A stretch of DNA of 64,000 bases from a virus (IMGVR_UViG_2854418831_000003:15958-79957); one strand, 5' to 3'. Shown: positions 55,173 through 64,000, counted from the first letter of the stretch. Numbers and translations: made by a program. The notes: generated from the letters alone by a model not told the origin.

Positions 55173-56082
55173 TTACGTTTACCTCCTCGCTTACGTCCTC
55201 CCAGCGTCCTTGATTCAACCAGGTCAGCGGCATAGGCACATACCCGCGTTTCCAGTCGCTGCTCTGCTTGCTTACCTCAATGGCGCGGAGTATATGCTCA
55301 GTCATTTCCTCGTCTGGCTTGATCAGCTTCCACTTCTTCCAGCACGCCGGTTTTGCTCTCTTCCGCACTGCCGGAAAGGCGTCCCAAAACCTGCAAAAGC
55401 TCTTTTCCAGCGGTGTCTTGGCTGTTTTCCAGTCAGGACTCTGCTGTCTTTTACCTGGCTTTGCCTCTTCCTCGTTGTCAAGTTCCTCCGGTTCCGGGGC
55501 GGTCTGTTGCTCGGCAACGACCGTATGTTTTTTAGTATCAGGTATCAGAGAATCCGGTATCAGAGAATCAGCAGGGCTTTTCTTGTGCTGTTCTTGTGTT
55601 TGCACTGTGCTTGCACCGTGCATGTATTGTGTTTTTGCGTTTTCCTGCTCTTTTTCGGTCTGATAAGTCCGGAGGTCTTGGCTGTTTTCAGCTGTTCCCG
55701 TGCGCCCTTTTACGTGGATTCCTGCCACAACGCCTAGGCCCATATCCTCGCCGGGTGCAGGTATTACACTGGCCTGCTCTTTACAGTGCGGATTCTGGTG
55801 TTTCAAGAAGTTTATTACCTGTATGTATTTCTCTCCTGCGATCTCGTATCGCTGTATAAATTCATTGTCATGTAACTGCTGCAGCATGGCGTCAACGTCG
55901 TCCGCGGTCACATCATCATAGCCCAGCAGCTCCTTTTTTATCCGCTTGGGGCGGTCCTGTAAACGCCCCTCACGGTCAGCCAGGCACCACAACCCTATAA
56001 ATAACAACCGGGTTAATGCTGGCAGTTCTCCCAGGATTTCATTGTCGAAAAATCCGGGTTTTATGTTCCTTGCTCTTGCCAT
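55099..56082 (-). CDS. Replication initiator (replisome organizer)
   Basis: MARARNIKPGFF...RLLFIGLWCLADREGR N-terminus; F..FW..FP...W..Q.RWED C-terminus. Confidence 0.85.
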   Translation of the reverse strand: MARARNIKPGFFDNEILGELPALTRLLFIGLWCLADREGRLQDRPKRIKKELLGYDDVTADDVDAMLQQLHDNEFIQRYEIAGEKYIQVINFLKHQNPHCKEQASVIPAPGEDMGLGVVAGIHVKGRTGTAENSQDLRTYQTEKEQENAKTQYMHGASTVQTQEQHKKSPADSLIPDSLIPDTKKHTVVAEQQTAPEPEELDNEEEAKPGKRQQSPDWKTAKTPLEKSFCRFWDAFPAVRKRAKPACWKKWKLIKPDEEMTEHILRAIEVSKQSSDWKRGYVPMPLTWLNQGRWEDVSEEVNVNEHSNNGSNAAGSHTAGFHTAGDY

Positions 56083-56097
56083 TTGTTCAGACCTCCT

Positions 56098-56799
56098 TTA
56101 GCACAAGTACACTTCTTTGCCTGTCAGGGCCTGCACGCGCCGCTTGAAATCTGCGGCCTGGCTGTTGTCATTGCTCAGGTGTAACAGGTAAACCTGCTGC
56201 AGCCTGCTTAAATCAAACGATTCCAGCGTTTTTATAACTGTTTCAATGCTCATGTGCGAGCCTATGGTTCTTTTGGCTCTGGCAGCATGTATGCGGCCCT
56301 CTTTTACGTTCTGCTCCATTGTCTCAGGGTCGTAATTGGCTTCCATCATTATGTGAGTCAAGCCTATAAAGGTATATTTGATGTAAACCGTATCAGTAAA
56401 ATACAGCACCTTTTCCCCGGTCACTGTGCTGCGGATCAGGAAGCCCAGCGGCTCCGGTACGTCGTGCTCAACATCAAAGGGAAGTACCTCAAATGTGCCT
56501 GCATGGAAGCTTTCCAGTGCTCGCACCGTGCAAATTCGGTGCCCGGTTAGGTTTGCCATGTCTGCGGTTCCCTGGCTGGTGTAAATATTCACGCCCATGC
56601 GAGCCAGTGCCTTTGCAGCTTTTACATGATCCCCGTGGCCATGTGTCACAAGACAGCCACTTAACTGTGACACCTTATAACCACATCCGGCTTGTATCTG
56701 TGCCAGCGGGATCCCTGCATCCAACAACAAACTGCTTTGTCCGTCACTTATGTAATAGGCATTGCCACTGCTGCCGGATGCTATAGGGTTAATCAGCAT
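56098..56799 (-). CDS. Metallo-beta-lactamase-fold hydrolase (YycJ-like)
   Basis: THGHGDH, EHD, TD, HMS, HLS motifs. Confidence 0.88.
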   Translation of the reverse strand: MLINPIASGSSGNAYYISDGQSSLLLDAGIPLAQIQAGCGYKVSQLSGCLVTHGHGDHVKAAKALARMGVNIYTSQGTADMANLTGHRICTVRALESFHAGTFEVLPFDVEHDVPEPLGFLIRSTVTGEKVLYFTDTVYIKYTFIGLTHIMMEANYDPETMEQNVKEGRIHAARAKRTIGSHMSIETVIKTLESFDLSRLQQVYLLHLSNDNSQAADFKRRVQALTGKEVYLC

Positions 56800-57911
56800 T
56801 AAAACGTCGGTCCTGCTGTGCGGGTTGCTGCTGTGGTGCGCGCCGCTGTAGTGTTACGTGCAGGCTGTGGCTGCGCCTGCGGCTTTGTAGGGTTTCCCAG
56901 GTCAAGAGCCTGCTGCCCTCCGTCGTCTGTCAAAAATGCGGGCTGTGCTGGCTTCTGTGGCGTCTCCTGGGCTTCTGTGTCAATTACAACCTGGTTCGCT
57001 TCTGCGTCGATCACTTCCTGGGTTTCCATCTGTGCCAGTCTAATCTCCTGCATACGCATGTACTCATAGGCGTCGTCAATCTTTTTCGGATCCCTCGGCA
57101 TGTTCTTGGCACTGTAAACCTCACGCTTTACGGTCTTGAGACACATTTCTTCAAACCAGCCCTCTGTTTCAACTTCCACTTTCTGGCCTTTCTCCCAGGC
57201 TGTTTTCTTACCTCCCCAAAATTCTCCGGAAGCCTTGTCCGGCTTACGTTTTAAAATATCTTTCATGGTCATGATGATCAGCTTGTTCTTGGTTGGCTCC
57301 GTATACTCAATATAGCCAAATCCTCCAACGATCTCCCCGCGGTCAAATGCGTTGTTAATCTCAAAATCATAGCTTTCAACGCGGTTTTCTCTGTTCTTTT
57401 TCAGCGGCTTAAAGGTGTCTGTGCTGTAAACCAGCTCTACGGTAACGGATACCGGCTTTTCCAGCGCGTACTTTTCAGCAATATACTGGATTCCGTTATA
57501 TCCAGGCATCAGGTTGACCACGTACATCTTTGTGCCGGTTCTGGCTACGCGATTGTTATCTTTAAACGGTATAGCACTCAGGTGGTTGTCCTGCATCATG
57601 TCCAGGCCCATGCGAGCATAGTGCACAACATCCAGTGCCAGGGCGTTCAGGTCTACCGTGTTCCAGTTGATCGGATCCGGATTGTCCCACTTATGATCCT
57701 TGTTGTTTTCATTCTTGCTTACGCGCTTCTCCTCGGCCATCTTTAATGCTCTGTCAGTTGCGATAAAATATCCCTGGATCAGCTGTCTCTGGTAATCAGT
57801 TACCTGAATGTTTCCGGCCACATTGCTACCGAACTCCTTTAAAACCTTGTTTGTAAATGCCTCGCTGTTGCTCAGGCTCTCCGTTTTCTGTACTGTCATT
57901 TCGTTTGCCAT
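56799..57911 (-). CDS. recT: RecT-family single-strand annealing protein
   Basis: GL.....H...IPF...GY.GI..IA, ELVYSTD.F, EMCLKTV motifs. Confidence 0.8.
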   Translation of the reverse strand: MANEMTVQKTESLSNSEAFTNKVLKEFGSNVAGNIQVTDYQRQLIQGYFIATDRALKMAEEKRVSKNENNKDHKWDNPDPINWNTVDLNALALDVVHYARMGLDMMQDNHLSAIPFKDNNRVARTGTKMYVVNLMPGYNGIQYIAEKYALEKPVSVTVELVYSTDTFKPLKKNRENRVESYDFEINNAFDRGEIVGGFGYIEYTEPTKNKLIIMTMKDILKRKPDKASGEFWGGKKTAWEKGQKVEVETEGWFEEMCLKTVKREVYSAKNMPRDPKKIDDAYEYMRMQEIRLAQMETQEVIDAEANQVVIDTEAQETPQKPAQPAFLTDDGGQQALDLGNPTKPQAQPQPARNTTAARTTAATRTAGPTF

Positions 57912-57914
57912 GTT

Positions 57915-58106
57915 CTACTCCTCCATATTCTTAAATAAATCGTCAAATGTCATTTGTCCGGGTATCGGTTTCTTTTCATCTTCCTCAGCTTGTGCCTTTG
58001 CAGCGCACTGGCAACCATACCCTTTTTCTACTGCTTCCGCGCTGGTCAGGAGTCTGCCGCACCGCTTACACCTGCGGGCACGGATTGTAAAAATTTCGCC
58101 GTCCAT
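57915..58106 (-). CDS. Zinc-ribbon protein (DUF6011-like)
   Basis: CKRCGRLLTSAEAVEKGYGCQC. Confidence 0.75.
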   Translation of the reverse strand: MDGEIFTIRARRCKRCGRLLTSAEAVEKGYGCQCAAKAQAEEDEKKPIPGQMTFDDLFKNMEE

Positions 58107-58405
58107 TAGTTGCCTTTCGGCATTTTCATTACAAACACCTGGGCTTTTACATTCCCGTGGAAAGTGTCTGCAATTTTTCCGGAACCAGGTACCACTTTCT
58201 CGTAGGTGTCTGCCAACTCTCTCAGTGCGGTAATGATCAGCGGCACCTCGTTAGGATCCAACGGTCCGATTTCTGTGTTTAATGTGTTTGTCCAGTAATT
58301 CATGCCCTTGGCAAGTTCCTTGTTAAATTCATCAAAGTCCTGGGTTTCCATGGCCTTTTTCATGCCATTCATTAAAAACTGCGGGTGTACTCTTGTCATG
58401 CTCAC
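58106..58405 (-). CDS. Hypothetical protein
   Basis: 99 aa, coupled to its neighbours. Confidence 0.6.
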   Translation of the reverse strand: MSMTRVHPQFLMNGMKKAMETQDFDEFNKELAKGMNYWTNTLNTEIGPLDPNEVPLIITALRELADTYEKVVPGSGKIADTFHGNVKAQVFVMKMPKGN

Positions 58406-60357
58406 TTGTCTCCTCTCTCAAATCTCAGGGTCTTATCCGGTTCGGATACCACCAGGCGGATAACCTGTGTCTGTGTCTGTGTCAGCTTTGTAACAGACTC
58501 TGCATTGTCCACAAAGACCGGAAGCTCTACGCCGTAATACTCGGCCAACGTGTCAATCAGTTCCAGGCCTGCATTGATACGAGCTGCGTTGTTCGCGCTC
58601 TTAAATGGCACCAGGCCAGTTTTACAAGGTACCAGGGCCTCACAATCATCTGCAATGCCGCCGTTCTGCTGTTCGATAAACAACCGGAAACGCAAGGTTT
58701 TAAAGCGGCTGTTGATCTTCTCGTCCAGGAGCTTTGTTTTCGCTTTTACAAACTGCTCGCAAAGGTAAATACCTTTCTGAAGCTGCTCATATTTCGCTGC
58801 CAGTTCCTCCTCTTTCTTTTCCAGCTGGGCGATTCTCTCGTCCTGTTTTTTAACCATGGCCAGCTGTGCCTTTTTGCTCTGTTCAGCTTCCAGGCTCTCG
58901 TCCAGTTCTTTCAGCTGTCCGCTCAGCACATTGTCTGCCTCAGCAGCTGCCGCTCTGGCATCTTTCAGTTTTTCCTGCAGGCTCTCAATCTGCTCTGTAA
59001 ACTGTCTGTACTCTGCTGTGTCCTTATAGTCCGTTGTTGCAAGTACCGCTTTTTCAGCTGTTGCCAGGTTCTTCGTTGTTTCTGCTTTCTTCTCTTTCAG
59101 TTCCACCAGGCGAGCGTCCAGGGCTTCAATTTCGTCCTGCTCTTTCTTAATCATTCCGCTGCTGCACTCTGTCATGCCGCGCTTGTTGATTGTTTCCAGG
59201 TTCTGTGCCTTGGCTGTATTGAAGTTTTCCTTTGCTTCCTCAATTTGCTCTGCCGGAAGCTGCTGGCCGCATGTCGGGCAAATCTCCGATCCGGTCCATT
59301 CCTTTTCATTTTCCTCATTCCACTCCGCCAGGAGCTGCTCTCTTCTGCGGTTCAGGCGCTGGATTTCGTTTTCATGCTCGCGCTTGTCCTGCTCGGTGTG
59401 CATGATATCCGTTTCAATGGTACTTGCCATATAGCGGAGGTTGCTGATCCGCTCGTAGGCTCCTTTGTTTGCCTCGGCTTCTGCTCTCGCATGTTTGGCC
59501 TCTCCGGCAGCTCTCTGGCTTTCCAGTTCTGCGATCTGCTGTCGGATGGTTGTTGTCGCTCCGGATTCTCTGGCAGCTCTCTGGCTTTCCAGTTCCCGGC
59601 GCTTCTCTTTAATCTCTGCCATGGTGTTGTCAATGGTCTGTGCATCCAGGCCCGTAACGTCCGGCTTTGCTTTCTCAGCCTCGTCAATACGCTGCGGGAT
59701 GTCGTCCAGTTCTTTGTCTGTCAGGTTCTTTTCCTTTGCAGCAATGGCTCTGTATTCGTCCACGGTATAATAATTTTCTGCCTTTCCAGGCTTGCGGAGC
59801 ATTTCCGGAAGTTCTCTCAACAGGTCGCCCTGGCTCTCAATAACCTCATTAAAATCCGCATCCCCGCACACCTGTAACAGGATTTTGCGGCGGTCTGCTA
59901 CTTTCATGTTTTCCAAAAAGTAGTTGTAAGAGGTCAGCATCTTTGCCAGTTCTTCATCATGGTAAATTTCCAGCAGATTCTTTTTAAACTGGGTTTCGCT
60001 TACCGGTACCCCGTCCATGCTGTAATCTGTTGTGTGTCCGGATAACACTGGCTGCGGGTTTCCTTTAATAGTCTTGTAAACTTCGTGGTAATCTTTTTTC
60101 AGTACCATTTCTGAACCGTCTGCCAGTTCCACGGTCATTTCCACGCTATGGTGCAGGTTATGGCTGCCGGTGGTTTTTGGTGTGTAGTTCTTTTCTGTTG
60201 TGCTCGGCTTGCCGTACATCAGCCAGGTAAAGGCATTGTATACGGTGCTCTTACCGGTTCCGTTATCGCCATAGATCGCGCTGCTTTCGCCCTGCGGGTC
60301 AATTTCCAGTTCTTTCACGCCCTGGAAGTTTTCCAGTCTCATTTTCAATATCTTCAT
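58402..60357 (-). CDS. SMC/Rad50-like coiled-coil ATPase
   Basis: GDNGTGKST, long coiled coil with central CPTCGQ hook, FVDNAES. Confidence 0.9.
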   Translation of the reverse strand: MKILKMRLENFQGVKELEIDPQGESSAIYGDNGTGKSTVYNAFTWLMYGKPSTTEKNYTPKTTGSHNLHHSVEMTVELADGSEMVLKKDYHEVYKTIKGNPQPVLSGHTTDYSMDGVPVSETQFKKNLLEIYHDEELAKMLTSYNYFLENMKVADRRKILLQVCGDADFNEVIESQGDLLRELPEMLRKPGKAENYYTVDEYRAIAAKEKNLTDKELDDIPQRIDEAEKAKPDVTGLDAQTIDNTMAEIKEKRRELESQRAARESGATTTIRQQIAELESQRAAGEAKHARAEAEANKGAYERISNLRYMASTIETDIMHTEQDKREHENEIQRLNRRREQLLAEWNEENEKEWTGSEICPTCGQQLPAEQIEEAKENFNTAKAQNLETINKRGMTECSSGMIKKEQDEIEALDARLVELKEKKAETTKNLATAEKAVLATTDYKDTAEYRQFTEQIESLQEKLKDARAAAAEADNVLSGQLKELDESLEAEQSKKAQLAMVKKQDERIAQLEKKEEELAAKYEQLQKGIYLCEQFVKAKTKLLDEKINSRFKTLRFRLFIEQQNGGIADDCEALVPCKTGLVPFKSANNAARINAGLELIDTLAEYYGVELPVFVDNAESVTKLTQTQTQVIRLVVSEPDKTLRFERGDK

Positions 60358-60809
60358 GCCTTAGCTCCTTTCATGCTCTGCACGGTCGCTTTCATGGCCA
60401 CCGCCATATTTTTCAGTTGTTCATGCAGCTTTTCAAATGTCTCCGGCTCAATGCCTGTGAAGCTGATCCCGTCGCCCTCGTACACATCCGTAACAAAAAG
60501 CACGTTCCCAACAATCCGCTGGCCATGCTGGTCAGCTCCGTACAAATAGCTGCCGATCAGGTTTGCCTCATTGTCCTTGAGCAGTCCCTCCTCGTCGATC
60601 AACATGCTCACGCACTTGCTATTGCTTCTTTTTACGTGGTTGCTGTGTCCCAGCTCGTTGTACAGTCTTACCGGCATAACGTGCTCGATCATGTCGCACC
60701 CGTTCCCGATCAGCTCGTACAATGCTCGATTTTGTTCTCTCATGTTTCCCTGCGGAAAATCATGTACAGTAACTTCTAAATCTGTGCTAACCTTAATAAT
60801 TTTGCTCAT
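60354..60809 (-). CDS. DUF3846-like protein
   Basis: IGNGCDMIE...MLIDEEGL...N.IGS.LY...IVG.V. Confidence 0.75.
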   Translation of the reverse strand: MSKIIKVSTDLEVTVHDFPQGNMREQNRALYELIGNGCDMIEHVMPVRLYNELGHSNHVKRSNSKCVSMLIDEEGLLKDNEANLIGSYLYGADQHGQRIVGNVLFVTDVYEGDGISFTGIEPETFEKLHEQLKNMAVAMKATVQSMKGAKA

Positions 60810-60914
60810 TTACGATTCCTTTCTCTCATGCTATAATAAGCACAAGCGGTTATTTGATAACTGCGGGTTTCATGCCTCGGACGCTTTGGTCGGTGTCACC
60901 GGGGCATTTTCTTT
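60809..60914 (+). ncRNA. Putative ~70-nt antisense sRNA with its own promoter and terminator
   Basis: TTTACG-17-TATAAT with extended TG, followed by hairpin 60873-60906 and a TTTTCTTT tail. Confidence 0.4.
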
Positions 60915-61106
60915 GCACAATTCCATAAAAGCAAGGCTAAAAATTTCCCAGCTCAACGCTGCCTTTGCCTCCTGGATCAGCTGCTCTCTGTAATATGGTT
61001 TGCGGCGTTCTCCGTTCGCATCCCCGTATCTGCCTATTATGTACTGCAGCTTTCTGTCTGCGCGTTCCTGCGCTTTCTGCTCAATACTCTCCTCCATTGT
61101 CCTCAA
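60870..61106 (-). CDS. Hypothetical protein
   Basis: 78 aa. Confidence 0.55.
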   Translation of the reverse strand: MRTMEESIEQKAQERADRKLQYIIGRYGDANGERRKPYYREQLIQEAKAALSWEIFSLAFMELCKENAPVTPTKASEA

Positions 61107-61413
61107 TAGCTTCTGCCTCCTGTCTTGCTTCTCTCAGGCCAATTTCACGGCCCCATAAAAACATCATTGCCAGTGCTGGAAATACTAAAACCTCGCCGCC
61201 CAGGCCTCCGGTTCTGCTGTCCATCACTGCAAACACCATAAGCCCGATCTTTACCAGCGCGCCCCCGGTCAGGATCATTGCTCCCAGGTTAATGCCTGCC
61301 GCAATACATCTTTCCAGCTTTACGCGGCGCTTGATGGCTTCCTTTCTCGGTGTCAGCTTTTCCTCAACTACAACGACCTCTGTTTCTCTGCGCATTACTG
61401 TCTTTCTTGTCAT
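61081..61413 (-). CDS. Membrane protein
   Basis: Two hydrophobic segments. Confidence 0.6.
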   Translation of the reverse strand: MTRKTVMRRETEVVVVEEKLTPRKEAIKRRVKLERCIAAGINLGAMILTGGALVKIGLMVFAVMDSRTGGLGGEVLVFPALAMMFLWGREIGLREARQEAEAIEDNGGEY

Positions 61414-61424
61414 GTTGTTCCTCC

Positions 61425-61703
61425 TTATACATCCAGCAGCGTTTTCTGCTCCGGTTCCTCGGCTTCTGTCCTCTGTGCTGCCTTTCCGATGATCGTCTTG
61501 GCTCTGTCCTTAAATGCCTCAATCTCTTCCAGTGGTACGTTTACCGCTGTGACCATTCCCTGGCTTGTGTTGTCCGGGCTTACCACTGCAATATCCACAA
61601 TGTCGCCAACCTCAACCGGTGCCGGTGTGTAAAATGTGTACTCTCTTCCGGATGGCTGTCCGGCTCTTAAATATTTGAGCTTAATTACGTTTGTTTTCTC
61701 CAT
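61425..61703 (-). CDS. Hypothetical protein
   Basis: 92 aa, GREYTFY...VGDIV motif. Confidence 0.65.
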   Translation of the reverse strand: MEKTNVIKLKYLRAGQPSGREYTFYTPAPVEVGDIVDIAVVSPDNTSQGMVTAVNVPLEEIEAFKDRAKTIIGKAAQRTEAEEPEQKTLLDV

Positions 61704-61944
61704 CTTCCTTGCCTCCTGCTTTTCTGTATTTCATAAATGCCTGCCAGTCGTCGCTTAATACCAGCGCCGCGGCCTCGCATATAATGACATGTTTTACAAG
61801 TTCCAGGCTGTCCAGCTGTGCGTTTTCAGCTCCTGCAAGTCCCTTTTTCTTTGTGTACCCGATCAGGGTATCAACTGCCTGTTTCAATGCTTCCGGGTTG
61901 CTTTCCTGGTGCTCTAAAAACTTCCATGTGTTATCTGCCATCAA
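61681..61944 (-). CDS. Hypothetical protein
   Basis: 87 aa. Confidence 0.55.
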   Translation of the reverse strand: MMADNTWKFLEHQESNPEALKQAVDTLIGYTKKKGLAGAENAQLDSLELVKHVIICEAAALVLSDDWQAFMKYRKAGGKEDGENKRN

Positions 61945-62135
61945 TACATCCTTTCTTCCAGGTACCTCCTGGATACTCGGCCGGCTGTTACAATCTTGCC
62001 TTTTGCTTCCAGCTCTTTATTTAGCTGTCGCATAATCTTGTATGCGTGGCTTTCTGATATATCCAGCATGGCTGCCACGTCTGCCACTCTCAAAAACTTA
62101 GGTGGTTCTTTTGTAGCTGCTGCCGTTCTTCCCAT
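61941..62135 (-). CDS. xis: Excisionase-like HTH protein of the prophage
   Basis: FLRVADVAAMLDISESHAYKIMRQLNKEL; homologous to 3593-3787. Confidence 0.75.
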   Translation of the reverse strand: MGRTAAATKEPPKFLRVADVAAMLDISESHAYKIMRQLNKELEAKGKIVTAGRVSRRYLEERMY

Positions 62136-62153
62136 GCTCCTGCACCTCTTTTC

Positions 62154-62654
62154 TCAATCCGGATACCCTTTGCGGGCTTCAATCTTTTCTATGGCGGCCA
62201 GCATTTCATCAACCTTTTGCCGGGCCTCTGTAAACCGTCTTTTTATTTCCGGTACCATTTCAAGCTCCTCCGGTGTTATTACCCCGTCCTCAACAATCTC
62301 TGCAAATTCTGTGAGGGCGTCTTGCATGTCGTCCATGTGTCTCCTCATTCGGAGCACGCATCTTTCTGGCGGCATGTCACTGATCTCTGCGATTCTGTCT
62401 TTTCCTAACGGGCACTCATTAGCACAATACCAGGCTCTCAATTCCGGCTCCGCGTATGCGTCAGCCATAAGTGCCACAACCGTGTTTGGGGTTTTCGTTA
62501 TGTCCAGCTCGTACTTTTTCAGGCTGTCCTCTGTAACCCCTGGCAAGTAGTCAACGGCTCCGGCTCTCGTCAAGAGCTTTTCGTTGTACTTTGCTGCTTT
62601 CAGGCGTGCCTGGCAGTACCTGTTGCCCGCCGCTTTTGTTACTCGGCTTTGCAT
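62154..62654 (-). CDS. HTH regulator at the CII-equivalent position
   Basis: ARLKAA...TRAGA...SLKKYELD...P..VV.LMADAY..PEL..WYC..ECPLG. Confidence 0.65.
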   Translation of the reverse strand: MQSRVTKAAGNRYCQARLKAAKYNEKLLTRAGAVDYLPGVTEDSLKKYELDITKTPNTVVALMADAYAEPELRAWYCANECPLGKDRIAEISDMPPERCVLRMRRHMDDMQDALTEFAEIVEDGVITPEELEMVPEIKRRFTEARQKVDEMLAAIEKIEARKGYPD

Positions 62655-62699
62655 TTAATCCTCCTTTTTCCGGTGGTATCATATTTATAAAACATGAAC

Positions 62700-62915
62700 T
62701 TACTCCGGTAAAAAAACGGATATTTTCTGCTTCGTATTCATACCCAGGCGAGCCGCAATTTTGTTGGCAACGTCAGTGCTTACCTTTGTAACGCCCAGCT
62801 CAATATTGCAGTATGTGCTTTTACTCTTGTATCCCAGGCATTTTGCCATTTCCTCCTGCGTAACGCCTTTTTCTACCCTGATGTCTCTTAAAAGTTCATG
62901 GTTCATGTACTTCAC
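62700..62915 (-). CDS. Cro-like repressor
   Basis: LRDIRVEKGVTQEEMAKCLG..STYCNIELG, divergent from cI. Confidence 0.85.
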   Translation of the reverse strand: MKYMNHELLRDIRVEKGVTQEEMAKCLGYKSKSTYCNIELGVTKVSTDVANKIAARLGMNTKQKISVFLPE

Positions 62916-63077
62916 CGCCTTTCTGTTTCGTTTTCTTCAACTTACATTTTGGATTATAGTTCATGTTTACGAAACTGTCAATACGAAAGTTTCGTTTTTT
63001 AGAACTTTTTTATGTTGTGTTGGTAACACCTGCAATGCCGTGGTATAGTATGGGTAATAGTTCAAGTTTTCAGAACT
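62893..63077. promoter_or_regulatory. Five operator-like sites, consensus AGTT-N11-AACT
   Basis: 62893-62911 (1 mismatch), 62924-62942 (1 mismatch), 62958-62976, 62988-63006, 63059-63077. Confidence 0.7.
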
Positions 63078-63095
63078 TTGTAAGGAGGTTACACT

Positions 63096-63476
63096 ATGGC
63101 AACCATAGCGGAACGAATAAAAGGCCTACGCAAAAAAGCTGGGCTTACTCAACAAGAATTAGGGGATCGCTTTGGCGTCGCAAAAAGCACTATTTGCCAG
63201 TATGAAAATGGCAATAGCACCCCAAACGACGATATAAAAATAGCCATGGCAAACTATTTTAATGTTTCCATGGACTACTTAATGGGCAAAACAGATGTGC
63301 CGGGGTTCGATTCTCGCACGCCTCCGGTAATTGCAGCAAAAGTTACCGAATCAGGCATAAACATGTTTCATACGTACCTGGATCTGTCCGCAACCGATCA
63401 GGCAAAAGTAAACGACTACGTTCAAATACTCAGTGAATGGGAGTCTGCATACAACAACAAAAACGGTAAAAAATAA
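63096..63476 (+). CDS. CI-like XRE repressor (no S24 protease domain)
   Basis: IAERIKGLRKKAGLTQQELG..FGVAKSTICQYENGNSTP. Confidence 0.9.
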   Translation: MATIAERIKGLRKKAGLTQQELGDRFGVAKSTICQYENGNSTPNDDIKIAMANYFNVSMDYLMGKTDVPGFDSRTPPVIAAKVTESGINMFHTYLDLSATDQAKVNDYVQILSEWESAYNNKNGKK

Positions 63477-63493
63477 CGGGGGGTACAATAAAA

Positions 63494-64000
63494 ATGTTTG
63501 ACGACTACGATTTCACGCCATATTTTCAGTTAGCGGAGCAGGTGCAAAAACCAGCCCCTTTGCACGAACGTCTGGCGTTATGTGAACAGGCCCGGCCGGT
63601 TCTGGCTGGTTTTGTATCTGCCTGTTTGCAAGAAGACGGGGAGTTACCGCCGTCTATTCCGTTCCGCGATTATGCTCCAATCTGGTACATGCGTACCGGC
63701 CAGTGGGAAGCTGCCGCCAGTTATATAAATTTCTGCATTTCGTGCAAGGCATATTTTCCGGGAGATGGTCAAGCGGAATTGCAGTATCTTAATTGCTATC
63801 AGCGTACAGCTCAAATTGCCCTGGAATATATTTCACAAAATCCAGGTTGCCTGCAAAGTCAAATTCACAAGTTGCTCAGTGGATCCACGGACAAAGAATG
63901 CTTAAAACAGTTCACAAAGTTCTCTGAGCTTATAAAAAAGGTCCCTTATAACAAAACCAATAGGCTGTACGTTGCTCAGCAACGACCATATGGTTTTTAG
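63494..64000 (+). CDS. Hypothetical protein downstream of cI
   Basis: 168 aa, 17 nt after the cI stop, same strand. Confidence 0.7.
   Translation: MFDDYDFTPYFQLAEQVQKPAPLHERLALCEQARPVLAGFVSACLQEDGELPPSIPFRDYAPIWYMRTGQWEAAASYINFCISCKAYFPGDGQAELQYLNCYQRTAQIALEYISQNPGCLQSQIHKLLSGSTDKECLKQFTKFSELIKKVPYNKTNRLYVAQQRPYGF

Larger units (their letters stand above)
4636..64000 (-). mobile_element. Temperate contractile-tailed prophage carrying a DGR; probably defective (split tape measure); extends beyond the right edge
   Basis: Complete ordered modules: lysis, tail, head, terminase, replication, cro/cI. Confidence 0.95.

Noticed and set aside
55536-55570. GGTATCAGAGAATC tandem repeat in the replication initiator
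   Set aside because: It encodes the DSLIPDSLIP linker typical of such initiators. It may be part of the origin but is not unusual.
1-64000. tRNA, rRNA or IS transposase genes
   Set aside because: None were recognisable by inspection; a tRNAscan run would be needed to exclude them fully.

Overview
The window is low-GC Gram-positive (Lachnospiraceae/Clostridia-like) DNA carrying two tandem mobile elements. (1) Positions 1-~4617 are the right end of an integrative mobilizable element (IME): MobV-type relaxase start, AAA ATPase, tyrosine integrase, Xis and XRE repressor. (2) Positions ~4636-64000 are almost all of a contractile-tailed (XkdK/XkdM-like sheath and tube) temperate prophage on the minus strand. 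From left to right it has accessory operon, lysis, a complete diversity-generating retroelement (DGR), baseplate/tail, head, terminase, replication/recombination and the cro/cI switch. Its integrase lies beyond the right edge. The two elements meet at an att-like core (4618-4635) that reads like a guaA 3' end. Most notable: (a) The tape-measure gene is frameshifted by a 33-bp foreign AT-rich insert flanked by an exact 32-bp duplication, the geometry of an off-target Cas1-Cas2 spacer integration. (b) The MuF minor head protein (1139 aa) carries a HipA/PI3K-like kinase, a Rho-N-like module and a DarT/HYE-like ADP-ribosyltransferase, followed by a translationally coupled candidate immunity gene. 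(c) The same phage encodes an ADP-ribosylglycohydrolase in a separately promoted accessory operon, a possible writer/eraser pair. (d) The DGR has 12 TR/VR mismatches, all at adenines, but an RT with non-canonical motifs. Family assignments come from motif recognition only; no database searches were run.
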